DNA from: Minutocellus sp. GHC0000111
Taxonomy: Eukaryota
Length of the DNA stretch: 64,000 nucleotides
Reading direction: 5' to 3'
Assembly: GCA_977018835.1 (NCBI GenBank)
Contig: OZ361257.1
Coordinates: 1,116,001-1,180,000 of the forward strand
Below are positions 37,161 through 49,207 of this stretch, one piece after another; the first letter of the stretch is position 1; each line of letters begins with the position of its first letter. A model generated the notes under the pieces. That model saw nothing but the letters and a program-made list of their open reading frames with translations. It made no database searches and was not told where the DNA came from. Position numbers and translations under genes: made by a program.

Positions 37161-40150
37161 ATGCCTCCTCGATCACCTTCATTCTTGCGCAAGTGTTGTT
37201 TGCCCCTCGTCATAGCAACTGTACTTTTCCTCCCAGTCCAGGCTTTGAGTATGGCGACCTCGAACCTACTTCACCGCGTTCGTGTTGAGCTCTTCTTCAA
37301 GACCAAGTCGGAGCTCAAAGATCGAGTGAAATTCCTTTGCGACAATGGCGTCACTGCATTCAATCTCGTGAACAAGGACAAAAAGGATGCGTTGGAGGAT
37401 TGGTGTGCTATCATCGCGGAGCAAGCGCCAGACAGCAGCGTTTCGTCTCACTGGTCAGTCAAGTACAACAAAGTTGCCGATCGAAATGGTGGCGACGATG
37501 CTACTTACGAGAAGTTCTCCTCCTTCGTCAATTCCATCGCTGGCGATGAAGTTCTCCTTATATCTGGAAGCGGAGAGAAGAAGAGCATGAATTCTGTGGA
37601 AGCTCTCAAACGTTTGCAGCAGGATCGATCGGTTCAGCCTCCACCAGATGATGCTGCCAAGATTTGTGTTGCTTACAACCCATTCTTTCCCAACGAATAT
37701 GATCGGGACGTAGAGAATGACCGACTTTTGGAGAAGTTGGAGAGCGGTCAAGTGAGCAAGATTTACTTTCAATTTGGAACTGACTTGTCACTCCTGCAGG
37801 CTGGGTTGGATTTCATTTGCAAAACCAAAGACGAGAAGGGGCTCGACGAGCTGGATATTTGCGGCTCCATATTTCTGCCCACAAAGAAACTAATCGCACA
37901 GCAAAAGTTTCGACCATGGAATGGGGTTTATCTCAGTGACAATTTCCTGTCGGGAGAAGCAGGGGCTAGAAATATCGTGCTGGATATGATTCGCATTTAT
38001 CGCCAATACAACGCTGAGTTATTATTCGAAGCTCCGGGGATTCGTACTGAGAAAGATTACACAGTAATGACGGGCCTGTTAGCGGAAAGCACTGGGGTGA
38101 CTGATAAATCCGAGACACCAACAAAGAAGGCGCCAACAGCTGGTCGATCCAGGGGACGAGGTTCTTCAGAAACATCTACCGATGAGCCGCCGACTAAGTC
38201 GAAGAAAGTCAGAAAAACGAATGCAAAGGACGCAAATGAGCCGAAATCAAAGCAAAAAACAGAAGATGACAAATCCACTAACAACGATCGCACGCTTCAA
38301 CCGTCGCCCCTTGTTGATATAGCGAAGCTCTCTTCGCCTTGTATTGTTCTCTTCGGTTCGCACGATGTTCGTTTACATGACAATCGTTGCGTCGAGTATG
38401 GATCTTTCCACTCCACTGTTATTCCTGCATTTTTATGGAATAAAAAAGAACAGGGTCAATGGGGTGTTGATGGGGCAATGCAAGTGATATTGAAAGCTGC
38501 CTTGACCAGCCTCGATGAGAGGCTCAAGGACAATGGAATTCAATTGATATGTCGCAGCACCTGTACCAATGATGACTCTACGGACAGCTTCTTCGCTTGT
38601 GCAAGGAAACAGGCGCCTCGGTCGTTTATTGCAACATCGAGCATACGCCGGAGGACAATGCAAGACTCGAACAGCGATCAGAAGTGCTATCAAAGCATGG
38701 TATCCAGCTCGTTAGATGCAACTCAAGTCTTCTCTACAATCCCGCCGAACTCAATTTAGGAACCGGGTTCAATGGTGGGCACTTTGCTACGCTGATGCCT
38801 TTTCTCAAAGCTTGCAAAAAGCAATTTGGACACCCAACTAAGCCTTTGCCTAGGGAGGAATCTGCTTCATTGCTATCAAAAATAAAAGGACCACGAAAAT
38901 GGCCTGCAGACTGTAAGGTTGAAGATCTACCTTTAGCAATAATCAGCGGCCGCGAACGATGGGACAAGCCGATTTTAGATCGGTTCCCGATGAACGAAGA
39001 TAGCGCCAAAAGTCTTCTCGATCAATTCATGGAAAAAGGACTTACTCGTTATGAAAGCGAGAGAAGTCGAGCGGACTTGGAAAGCAGCACGTCCCAACTA
39101 TCGGCTCACTTACGAGTTGGAACACTCTCACCATATGATTTGTATTGGGCCACCGAGCAGAGCAACTTGTCGTACGATGAAAAGAAGACTTTCTCTCGTC
39201 GGCTGTTTTGGAGGGATCTCGCGTACTTCCAGCTAAAGTATTTTCCATTCATGCGAGAGAAATCTATACGGCAGCACTATGAAGATACTAAATGGACTGG
39301 GCAAGAGGAAGGAAATAGACGCCTTGAAGCATGGAAGAAAGGTCGTACTGGTTATCCTCTAGTAGATGCAGGTATGCGAGAGTTATGGGCGACAGGATGG
39401 ATGACCCAAAGTGTTAGAATGGTGTGCGCCTCATTTCTCGTCGAGTACCTTAGGGTGAACTGGACCCGAGGAGCGGAATGGTTTCACTATACTTTGGTCG
39501 ATGCCGACAGCGCCATCAATTCAATGATGTGGCAGAATGCTGGTAGATCGGTGAGTTACTGTAGTTACTGTACAGTCGAGGAGGCCCAACATTATTGCAA
39601 TGTAATACTGTAGCGCTTTGGGTGGCATGATTTTATGCGTTTTGACGTACTATTCCTACTTTTGCAGGGCATCGATCAATGGAATTTTGTCATGAGCCCC
39701 GAAAATGGGTCCCAGGATGCCAGCGGACAATATGTTGCAAAGTGGGTACCGGAAGTTGCTCTATTACCCAAGTCAAAAATACACAAGCCTTGGAAAGCGA
39801 GTGAAGACGAGCTGCAAAAGGCCGGTATTATTTTGGGGGACAATTACCCGCACAGGATTGTTGCCGACCTCAAGGCCGAGAGAGAAAGAAGCGTCGAGGC
39901 TGTCCTCGACATGCGCCGCCAGCATCAGCAATGGAATGATGGCAATGGTTACGATATTATTCAGTTACCATCTGGGGACAAAACCAAGGTCTTTACCAAG
40001 AAAGAATATCGCATCGATAGATTGGTCTTGTTATGGAAATCGAAAAGTCTGGTCGCGAGAAGGCAAAGGCTCGGGCTGGAGGACGAGGTCGTAGTGGCCG
40101 TAATGGTGGCGCAAAGAAGGGCAAAAAGAGCAGAAAGTAAAACGAATTAA
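37161..40150 (+). CDS. Plant-like cryptochrome (CryP-type)/photolyase with an N-terminal MTHFR-like domain; intron 39551-39667
   Basis: DVRLHDN, SQLSAHLRVGTLSP, RRLFWRD, WKKGRTGYPLVDAGMRELWATGWM, TLVDAD.AIN..MWQNAGRSGIDQWNF; apparent indels near 38585 and 40020. Confidence 0.9.
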
Positions 40151-40173
40151 TGAATTTAACTAAAGGAAATTCT

Positions 40174-43100
40174 CTACTTTCCACCGCCTCCAGCATTTCT
40201 ACTCCACTCAGAGGGAAGATCAGATAACTTTACACTTTCGACTTTCTTCTCCGTTTGGAGTAGCTTCCGCAAGAAAGGGTAGCTGCTTACGCCTTTCGTT
40301 GATTTCAGCGACTTCAAAGATTCAGCGCTTAGGTTTCCTGTTTCGCAACACCATTTGAACGTACTACTCAGAAGCTTTTCGGCCTGTTGCTTGGAATCCA
40401 CCGAGTTGGCAATAACCCTGAAAAAGAAAGCAAATGTAAATTCATCGGCTGCCACTCCACACCTTTGGTTCCGAATATCGGCGAGGGTTTCAAGGGCACA
40501 CCTCAAAGCCGCTTGCTTTTCTGATTTTGACCGACTGCTGTGTAGAGTGCAACAGCGTATTACGGAGTTGAATGAGATGATGTCGGGTTTGACCCGTTCG
40601 TTGCCTTCCTCAGTGTTCTGCCTGATCATTTCGTTGAGTATTGATCTGGCCATGTCAGCATGGTATCCACCAGTCTGGCGACCAAGTGTCCGAAGAACTG
40701 CATTGTACGTGAGAAGATCTGGGGCCACACTGGCATCGCCTATTCTCTCGCAAGTCTCGGTCATTTCACGAAGTAGCTCCACTGACCGCAATGCTGCTCT
40801 ATCATCATTAATCTTTGAATATGCGTTGATGCAGGTTGTGTACGAGGTCAGATTCGCGAGAAATCGAGCGCCCGGTTTTTGACTGCTTTCGAGGGGATTG
40901 AAAAGCGCCTCGAAGAATAGTCATGCTGAAATATTTAAGAAAATGGCTATTTTTACTCTAATTTTGATTTATCTTCATGTGAAACAATAATTCGGATAAG
41001 ACTTTAGATTTCAGCGGCTCTAATCAAATGGACGCTTTCGTCGCACTTGGACCGGTATACTGCTTCCCAACGAGTGCCGATGATTCATCTGATTCGGCCG
41101 CCTTCCGTTCTGTCATCGACGATCTTGCAACGGCGACCCGGCGGTATACTGCACCATGTCTCTTTGCAATTGCCAAGTGCAGGGAGCAGGCAAAGGTGGA
41201 CTATTCGGTGCTGTCCAGCGCAGAGCATGGTGCACGATTTTCGGGATGGATGAAGGCGTATGGTGCTCTACCTGCATCTGAGAAGGCGATGTGGGAGATG
41301 AAGAGGAGATCTCATCTGGCTATGCAGCCATACATTCGAGATGTTATTGTTGATGCTCTGATACGAAATCCTCGGGAATCTTGGCGGGAGCTGGAGGTGG
41401 ATGTCAACTTTTGGTGATCCTACTCGGCAATACGGCGGTGGATAATGTCGCGGGAAGGGTTCCGGTACTATGCCGAAAGGATCATCCCTCTCCTTACTAC
41501 ACATCAGATGGAGAAACATTTGGCATTTGCGCGGAAATTCCGAAACAATTGGGGGCTCGGCGGTGGCAAGTTTCTCCTTGTTATGTTCGATGAGAAGTGG
41601 TTTTGGGGCTTGGTTCTTCGATCGTATGCCAAGCAAGTTGCAGAATTGGGTATTGATCCTCGGTCCTTCTCGGCATATCACCGAAATCACATCAACAAGT
41701 GCATGGTGGTGGCTGTCACTGCCTTGGCTTTTATTGACAGCATTGAGAATGGCGGCATTGCGTTCAAGCTTGGACTTTTTCGGGCTCAGGCGCATAAAAT
41801 TGCGAGGCAGATGGTAAGGGAGGCGGTGCGGCAGGCAGATGGTAGAATCAAATATTGCGGCCCGGTGGTTCGGAAGAAAGACGATCTACACCTTGTGGAT
41901 TGCGCGGTGACTGGATGCAGCCATGGCACCCTTGATAATCCCAAGTTCCCACTGAAAGCTTTGTTTGAAAACAAGATATTTCCGGATGTTGAGGCTTTGG
42001 TCGGACCTGGCGGAAAGTTTGAAGGCTATGTCCCTATTTTCCAGGGCGACAATGCTGGGCCCCATGCCGAGACTGAATTTGTGGAATATGTGGAAGGATA
42101 CTGTCGGGACAAGGGATGGCGTTGGGAACCTCAGGCCCCGCAAATGCCCCATATGAATGTTCTTGATCTGTCTGTTTTCCCTTGCATGTCAAAGCAGCAT
42201 GCAATGTTGTGCCGCGATCGGGAGGGGCTGAAGGTTTTGACAGAGGATCAGACTTGGGATGCAGCGGAGGAAGTTTGGATGGGGCTGGAAAACTGGAAGA
42301 TCGCATCGGCATACATCCAGGCTCATAGAATTGCAAAGAAGGTAATCGTTGCAAAAGGCAACAATGATTTTCTTGGAAACGGTGAAGGCATTCATGTTGG
42401 GGTGCGAAAGGATTTCAGGCCGACTGAAAATGGCATGGTTCGGATAGATGGGAAAATTATCGCTCCTCCTCCTGCTGATCCAACCATGGATAATTAGTCC
42501 TGCGGTGCTTTTAAGTTATATTGTGTTTAATAATACTAGATTGGATTGTAGATCTGGATACTAGCTGCTGCAATACATGTACTTTGCATTGTACATGTAT
42601 TCAATGCCGGTAGATCTAAGATTCAGGCGGTTGCGGGCCCAAAAAGTCGCTGTTTTGGTCCCGACCCTGCTCGTAGGTGATGCGATCCGGAGCAATAGAT
42701 TTTTCACCAGCATTCGAAATTCTCTTCATTTCCTGCAAGAGATTGTCGGCCTTCTCAGCTTCCGCGATGGTTGTTGCTCTCTTGCCGTGAGCACTTATGA
42801 CAGAGTTGTAGGTAACAGTAGTGGGTCGAACATCTGGCATACCGGATGCGTCCAGTTCCGACATCAACCGCAACATGTCTTCCGCCCTTTCCTTCGCGTC
42901 CGACTCCGTCGACCTACCGAGACACTCAATGACGGTTGTAAAACTGACAAAGTTCGGCTGGATCTTCTGCTTTTGCATTGAGATGAGCATGTTCTCCGCT
43001 CGGTGCGGGGCGTCCTTTCGACCGCTATTCGTCCAGGCAGCCAGACAAGCATTGAAACAAGCCACAGTCCGCTCCACCCCCCTGTCTTTCATTTGTTGTA

Positions 43101-44100
43101 AAATGACATCGCATTCAATTGGTTTATCCTCTCTTTTTATCGATTTGCTCCTCACAAAGGCCTTCAGCAAATGGTAGTATGTGACGGTATCGGGCTCCAA
43201 GCCGACACCCTCCATGCGTAAGATGAGCCGCTTCACTTGTTCCGGCGCATCGTTGCGATCGGAACTCGCCCTCAAATCTGCCATGATATTGTACGTGATG
43301 TCATCAAAAGGCAACTCATCTGTGTAACTCGTCGATGCATCGCCGTCTTTCATCTTGGCAAGCCCCTCGAGGCCCACCCTTATTTTGTCCAGTTTCGTCG
43401 CGACAAATTTTTGTACCGCCTTGCGATTTTTCTTGTTCTTGTTGCATCGGACGGCAGTAGAGAGAAGCCTATTGACGAGCAGTGCCTTGATCTTTCCTTG
43501 TACGGTACCCTCCTGTTTATCCCTGATGAGCTCGAGAAGTAAGTCCGCGGCCTGGAGTAAGGCTCGAGCATCATTGCTGGCCATATTCGTTTTCTCAGTG
43601 ATTCTTCCATGCAGTCCCTTGCCTCGCTTGCGCTGCTGCTGCGATGGACTTGAGTCTGTCGATTGAGGGGGCTCAGGCATGGTGTCTGTGCTTATACTTC
43701 CCGGCTTTGATGATTTAACATTTGCCACAGGGCTGCCCGTGTCTGCTTGCAACGAAGTAGTTTCACCAACGATGCCTGGAACTGTGCCGTCTGTGCGAAC
43801 GACCGTTTCTCCGGAAAGGCGAGGAGTGGCGTCATTTGCGCGACAGGTGTGTTCATACGCCGAATCCAGAGCAGCAGTCGATGAAAGGAATCGATGGCTG
43901 GAACGAAGCGAGGGAAACAGTGGGCCGCTGGAGGAGCCACCTCTGCACGGCGGCAACCTCCGTAGCCGATCCAGGTCGAAACTCTGCACACGGGTTGCGG
44001 CCTCATCCTGGCCGATAAGTGCTCGAGGCCTTCTCCTATTCAGGAGGTTGCACGAGGACGCCCTCATTGCTTGGCGCCCCGAAACAACAAAAGGCAGCAA
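40174..44100 (-). CDS. Pentatricopeptide-repeat protein interrupted by a transposon (coding 42674-44100 + 40174-40840)
   Basis: Many PPR motifs. Removing 40843-42673 and one TA restores IAPDRIT-Y-TTCINAYSK in frame; terminal LPSEWSRN motif. Confidence 0.9.
40843..42673 (+). mobile_element. IS630-Tc1-mariner DNA transposon, 1831 bp
   Basis: TA duplication 40841-40842 and 42674-42675; ends CGAG...CTCG; boundaries independently fixed by restoration of the PPR frame. Confidence 0.92.
41028..42497 (+). pseudogene. Mariner-like transposase (DD38D spacing) with one premature TGA at 41415-41417
   Basis: ORFs 41028-41417 and 41445-42497 share a frame; VMFDEKWFWG, QGDNAGPH, WEPQAPQMPHMNVLDL; FW*S aligns to GWCS in the other element. 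Confidence 0.9.
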
Positions 44101-44325
44101 TAGAAGGCGGCCGTGGCTCTACACTGTCTACTAGCTACGTAGCTGGTGCCTATAAACACGGCCGGGAGGCAAGAATCGCTTGCATCGCAATCGCGCGCAT
44201 CGCCGTCTTTCTTTCGGCCATGGCTGCCAGCTCATCGCGCTCCTTTGAAAATAGGTCTTTCCGTCTCACGTTCACCAGGCGATCGTGAGCCATGCTCATA
44301 AAAGCAGAGACTGAAAGGCGAGACG

Positions 44326-44994
44326 ATGGTGCTGGTAATCGCAAGGAGCTATGGTGCGAGATCTCGCACCCATCCGATGGCTGCTGCAGCAAAATGGCGT
44401 CACCTCTCCTCCGGTGCATTAGGGGGAGGTTATTCCAAGGAAAATCTTGCTTACTTTGCCGCCAGCCATTTTGCGGAACGCCGAAAAAGGCGCAGAATAG
44501 AGGATGAAGTAGACGAGGACGAATTGCCCTATGCCGACATGTTCAATCAACAAATCAGTTCAGATGCCAACGAATGGCTAAAATCGCATCCATCACCATC
44601 CGTGGTGTTGGCACAGTCATTCTTTGCTTCGGCTGCTTTCGCCCCTGAGCGAACAATTCTCAGCCTTGCAACGAGTGGTCCTGGTAAAGCTTTGCCAGAT
44701 ATTTCATTCAATGTCGGCGAAAGTCATCTTTTGTGGACCGTGGCTGTAAAGTCTCCGCTGGAGATAATACTGACGTGGGAGTTGGAATCTTTGGGCCTTG
44801 CAAAGGGAGCTACACAGTTAGCCTTTGACCCGTCCCTACGACGGGTGTATCAAGGCAATGCTCTGAACCAAGTGCCTGCATGGGCCGAATCTTTTATTCC
44901 TCTTCACGAAAGATATGCCAAATATTTGCTACAGGGCATGGTTGATGAGATTGAATCTGCAGCGATCAAAAGTGGGGTGTCGAGTGATGAATAG
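44326..44994 (+). CDS. Hypothetical protein
   Basis: 222-aa ORF divergent from the PPR gene with globular-looking composition. Confidence 0.55.
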   Translation: MVLVIARSYGARSRTHPMAAAAKWRHLSSGALGGGYSKENLAYFAASHFAERRKRRRIEDEVDEDELPYADMFNQQISSDANEWLKSHPSPSVVLAQSFFASAAFAPERTILSLATSGPGKALPDISFNVGESHLLWTVAVKSPLEIILTWELESLGLAKGATQLAFDPSLRRVYQGNALNQVPAWAESFIPLHERYAKYLLQGMVDEIESAAIKSGVSSDE

Positions 44995-45049
44995 GTAGAT
45001 TTATGTGCACTGAGTCTGCGCGCGAGTTGTCTAGCTAGATATATATTTG

Positions 45050-45778
45050 TCAAATCACAAATAAATTACTATTGCCACTGCCGTCATTAATATCAGTGTC
45101 AGGTCCACTAATACCAAGTCTAGGTATCTCTTGCTTCGGACATGCATTCATTGCGACGTCTAGACCAGCGTCGAGAGCTCTTTGAGCGGCTTCCTCGTTG
45201 ACAACGCCCACCTGCAACCAGACACTCTTGGCCCCAACGGCAATGGCCTCATCAACAATTTCTCCGGCAGCCTCCGCATTCCGAAAGATGTCCACCATGT
45301 CAATGGGTTGGACAGGTATATCTTCAAGACTGCCATATACCTTCTGATCGTGCAGACTGTCCCCATTCTTTGCCATTGCTGGATTCACGGGGAAGACTTG
45401 GTATCCATGATCCAACAGGAATTTCATCACGTAGTTTGACGGCCGATCTGGTTTCTGCGTTGTTGATTATTGTTGGAGGGCCGGTGATAGAAGCTTTTTG
45501 TGTGTGAGAATCAATAGTACATGTACAGGACGAGATGAACACGTGTATCATATTACAATATAGACATTGCATGTACCTTTTGCAACAAATGCAAAAGTCA
45601 CTCCTCATTTCAAGCGAACAAACTCGTCACGATTACGACGCACCTTGGAGGCGCCCACCAGCGCAATCGTTTTGGATTTGGTGAGGATCCGTCGCAGCGT
45701 TGCGTCACTGTTGCGAAAGGGTGTTGGCGTGCTGCCGGACATGGTGGCAAATGCTGTCGTGGCTATCCTCCAGCGCAT
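45050..45778 (-). CDS. CoA-binding domain protein (YccU-like); intron 45455-45643
   Basis: [55 protein letters not shown]. Confidence 0.9.
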
Positions 45779-46059
45779 TATCTGCGGTCAGATGTGGGCG
45801 GGAAGAGCGTATGGGCCTCGCCTTGTTGAGCTCGTGGTAGCGCAAGAATGAGCAGGCGTAGGCAGAAAAAATGAGCTCGAAAGAACCCGGAACTAAATAC
45901 GTAGGCATCAAGTAATTTTTTGCTCAGCAATCCCGAAACCATTTTTCGAGGTCTCGCATCCAAATCACTCGAAGAGGCAACAGGCAAGAGAGGTACCGGT
46001 AGCCAAGCAGCACCGTTCTGCCCCCACAGTGTACTCTCAATCATCAATATAGCGACGCA

Positions 46060-47517
46060 ATGAGCGTTGTGGAGCGAATCGAGGCCGCAAAGGCGGAGGT
46101 ACGTATCTCGAAGGTCTGACGGGGAAGCCCAAGAGTCGCGACGAAGAAGGCCTGTTTGTTGCGAGGACCGACGACGTGCGGACAATTCCCTCGGGGTTTC
46201 TCCTTGGCGGAAGAAGTTGGGAGGAAGACCACCCTTGTTCCTCGGATTCTACCGCCATATGCGTTCGGAGGTAGTGGATGGCACATAGTAATGTGGTGGC
46301 GGCGGTGGATGATGCCGTACTTGCCCCCCTTGAGGCCATTGGCGTTCACCTCTTGGGCGTTGGTGGCGGGTGCCTTTCTATTTCCTTATTGCAATACATC
46401 TTATTTTCGTATTCCAAGCCCTCACCACATTTCTCTCCTCTTCTCTCTTCAACCCCACCATGCCCCCTTGCCCGTATCGTCCCCGCCCTGCCCACAGGTG
46501 GAAAAGCTCAAGGATGAAATAGACAAGGTCCGGACGGAGAAGGCCGACAAGACGATCGACCAGGTGTCGGCGTCGAAGGGACCATTGAAAGAAAATCGCA
46601 AGCCGCCGTCGACGAAGCTCCGACGGACGCTCAAAGGACATTTCGGAAAAGTTTATGCCATGCACTGGGCCAGCAATTCGCACGACCTCGTGTCGGCGTC
46701 GCAGGACGGCAAATTAATCATATGGAACGCCTACAGCACCAACAAGGTGCAGGCCATACCGCTGCGGTCGTCGTGGGTCATGTCCTGCGCCTTTGAGCAG
46801 ACCAAGGGCAACCTCGTCGCGTGCGGCGGCCTGGACAACATGTGCTCGGTGTACAACCTCCAGCAGGCGCAGCAGCAATCCCGGGCACAGCAGGAGCTGG
46901 TATCGCACGACGGATATTTGAGCTGCTGCCGCTTTATCGACGAAACTCGCATCCTCACGGCGTCGGGTGACTCCACCTGTATCCTGTGGGATGTTAGCAC
47001 CGGAGAGGTCCTGACGACCTACACCGGCCACACGGGGGATGTAATGAGCCTCTCCCTCAACCCCAACGACAAGAATGTCTTCGTTACTGGCAGCGTGGAC
47101 ACTACCGCCAAGATTTGGGACGTCCGAACCGGCAAATCCGTCCAAACCCACGTCGGACACGAGTCCGACATCAACTCCGTCGCCTTCTTCCCCGATGGCA
47201 AGGCCTTCGGCACGGGATCCGACGACTCCACCTGCCGGCTGTTCGACATGCGATGCTACGCCGAGGTGAACAAATTTGGACACGATAAGATCTTGTGTGG
47301 TATTACGTCCGTCGACTTTAGCCGATCCGGGCGCCTTCTGTTCGCCGGATATGACGATTTTAACTGCTACGCATGGGACACCCTCGGTAACGGCGGAGTC
47401 CATGCCTTCCAGCTCCCGCAACCACACGACAACCGCGTGTCTTGTTTGGGCGTCAATCCCAAGGGTGATGCTCTTTGTACCGGCTCATGGGATACCCTCC
47501 TGAAGATATGGGCATAG
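46060..47517 (+). CDS. GNB: Heterotrimeric G-protein beta subunit; intron 46099-46497
   Basis: Exon 1 [64 protein letters not shown]. Confidence 0.96.
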
Positions 47518-48052
47518 GCAAAGACTGATGGCCAATGGTGGCGTGGCACTTCCCCGTCCCCACACTACGCTTTCTGTGCGATGACCGTCACACGCGAGCG
47601 CTCTTTTTTGTTTTGACCCATCAGCGATTCCTGCGGAAAGTTGAAAAGGAGAAATGGGAGGAAGCATATGCTCGCCGAACGAAGCTCAATCACTGGACAG
47701 ATTTTGTCATTGTGCACAGTACCGAGAAAGACTGTTTGGCCCTCTCCCTTTCTCTCCATGCTTTTGGTTTGACCGCTCTCGTTTATGGCGACGCGCATCA
47801 ATCTATATTTGTCCATGTAATTATGTAATATCTCAGATGCGTTAACACATCCTACTACATGTAGTACACGTAGCATGCACGACAGTAGCTCCATGCGATG
47901 CTGCGTAGAAGGTGGAGAGAAGTTGCATTTACACAAAGAAATTAAGCAGGAGGTTCCTCGAGCGAGGAACTCACACATATGCTGTTACTCTTTAGAAGCT
48001 CCAATTCAAATTACAACCGGCTTACCATCTCCTTAATAATTGTTAGTATTTG

Positions 48053-49051
48053 TTACTGCTTTCCAGTAGTAACATAAATCTCTAGCTGCAGCTTGTCATC
48101 TCGAAGGACCTGTTCTACATTTCCGACGTGTTCGCAGCTCTTCATCCGCTCAACAAAGCTATCAATGCCATCGGCCCGCCTTCGCTCCACACTGGAAACC
48201 ACAACACAATCGGGATTGATTTTCAGCAGCTCATCAATAACTTCCACAAGTAGCTCCCAACTCTTGCCATACAAGGGCTCGTAGACGCAGTCGCAATTGA
48301 GAACATAGTCAAAGCCTGCTGAGTATCCCGAATCCTCCAACAGTCTGTGGACGCCATCTCTTGACCAGCTCAATGGATGGGCGCTGATCGTATGGGAAGG
48401 TGTCTTTGTCACATTGGTTTCAGTAGTCGACATTTCTTCCACTCCTCCATCGCTCCTCTTTGTTGTAGTTGTTGTCTCAGTAAAATTGGTCTGGAGGTTC
48501 CCATGCAGCTGGCTCATGATGCTCTCTTGATCACTCAAAACAGCATTTCCGCCCAACATGTGCCAAATCATCCCCGGAACTCCCAATCCACAGCCCAATT
48601 CTAGAAGGGAGGCGCCAGTCGACAAATCAACGTCGTATTCCTTCTCCATATAAAACATTCCATGGATGGCCGCATGCCAAACGCGAGTACCGGCCCATTG
48701 CGCCCCGGCAAAGAGAGGCGCCAGATCATCCGGCTCCAGAAGCGTCGACAACGTCAGAGTTCGAGATTTGGGGTCCGTCGGCCAGACCAGACTGATGCCT
48801 TGCTCCAGCTTGTTGTCGTCCCGAAGGCTTTGGAATTGGATGGTTTTCATGGTCGTATCGTTGGAGTCGACCGAACCAAGGGAGTAGTCATCGTCGTCCT
48901 CATCCTCCTCCTCATCCTCGTCGACATTGTTTTCTACAGCGACGGCGTCGGCGGCCTGCTCAGTTGCAGCAAGTTCCAGCTTTGGCTCTTTGAGAGTATC
49001 CAATGGTTGCTCGCCATCACCACACGAAGACTCAACCTCTACGCCTGGCAT
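48053..49051 (-). CDS. METTL21/Methyltransf_16-family protein methyltransferase
   Basis: GTRVWHAA, LLELGCGLGVPG, LNCDCVYEP. Confidence 0.88.
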   Translation of the reverse strand: MPGVEVESSCGDGEQPLDTLKEPKLELAATEQAADAVAVENNVDEDEEEDEDDDDYSLGSVDSNDTTMKTIQFQSLRDDNKLEQGISLVWPTDPKSRTLTLSTLLEPDDLAPLFAGAQWAGTRVWHAAIHGMFYMEKEYDVDLSTGASLLELGCGLGVPGMIWHMLGGNAVLSDQESIMSQLHGNLQTNFTETTTTTKRSDGGVEEMSTTETNVTKTPSHTISAHPLSWSRDGVHRLLEDSGYSAGFDYVLNCDCVYEPLYGKSWELLVEVIDELLKINPDCVVVSSVERRRADGIDSFVERMKSCEHVGNVEQVLRDDKLQLEIYVTTGKQ

Positions 49052-49207
49052 GATGAACAATCTGCCCCTCTGTGCTCTTGCAAGAAAAATGAGGGGTGTG
49101 CCGAATATTTTGTCTTTCCGTCTTCCGTCGGTGCGTCTGTCAGTAGTCAGTTGCTCTTCTGCGTGTCATACGAGTTCGTATGTGATATGCGTCATTCAAC
49201 GCCAAAG

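Noticed and set aside
41415..41417. TGA at a Cys-aligned position as selenocysteine or programmed readthrough
   Set aside because: A single TGY->TGA change or base error is simpler; no supporting signal identified
40843..42673. Transposon spliced out of the PPR mRNA as an introner-like intron
   Set aside because: The nearest minus-strand GT donor (CAGG|GTCGG, phase 1) and AG acceptors (GAAAG, GCAG, phase 2) do not restore the frame, and the donor consensus is poor
46156..46497. Long novel N-terminus on G-beta
   Set aside because: It is intron sequence; a canonical short exon 1 (46060-46098) with a GTACGT donor explains the gene
48662..49207. N-terminal 180 aa of the 839-aa ORF as part of the Deg protease
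   Set aside because: It overlaps the opposite-strand methyltransferase; the signal peptide begins at ATG 49208
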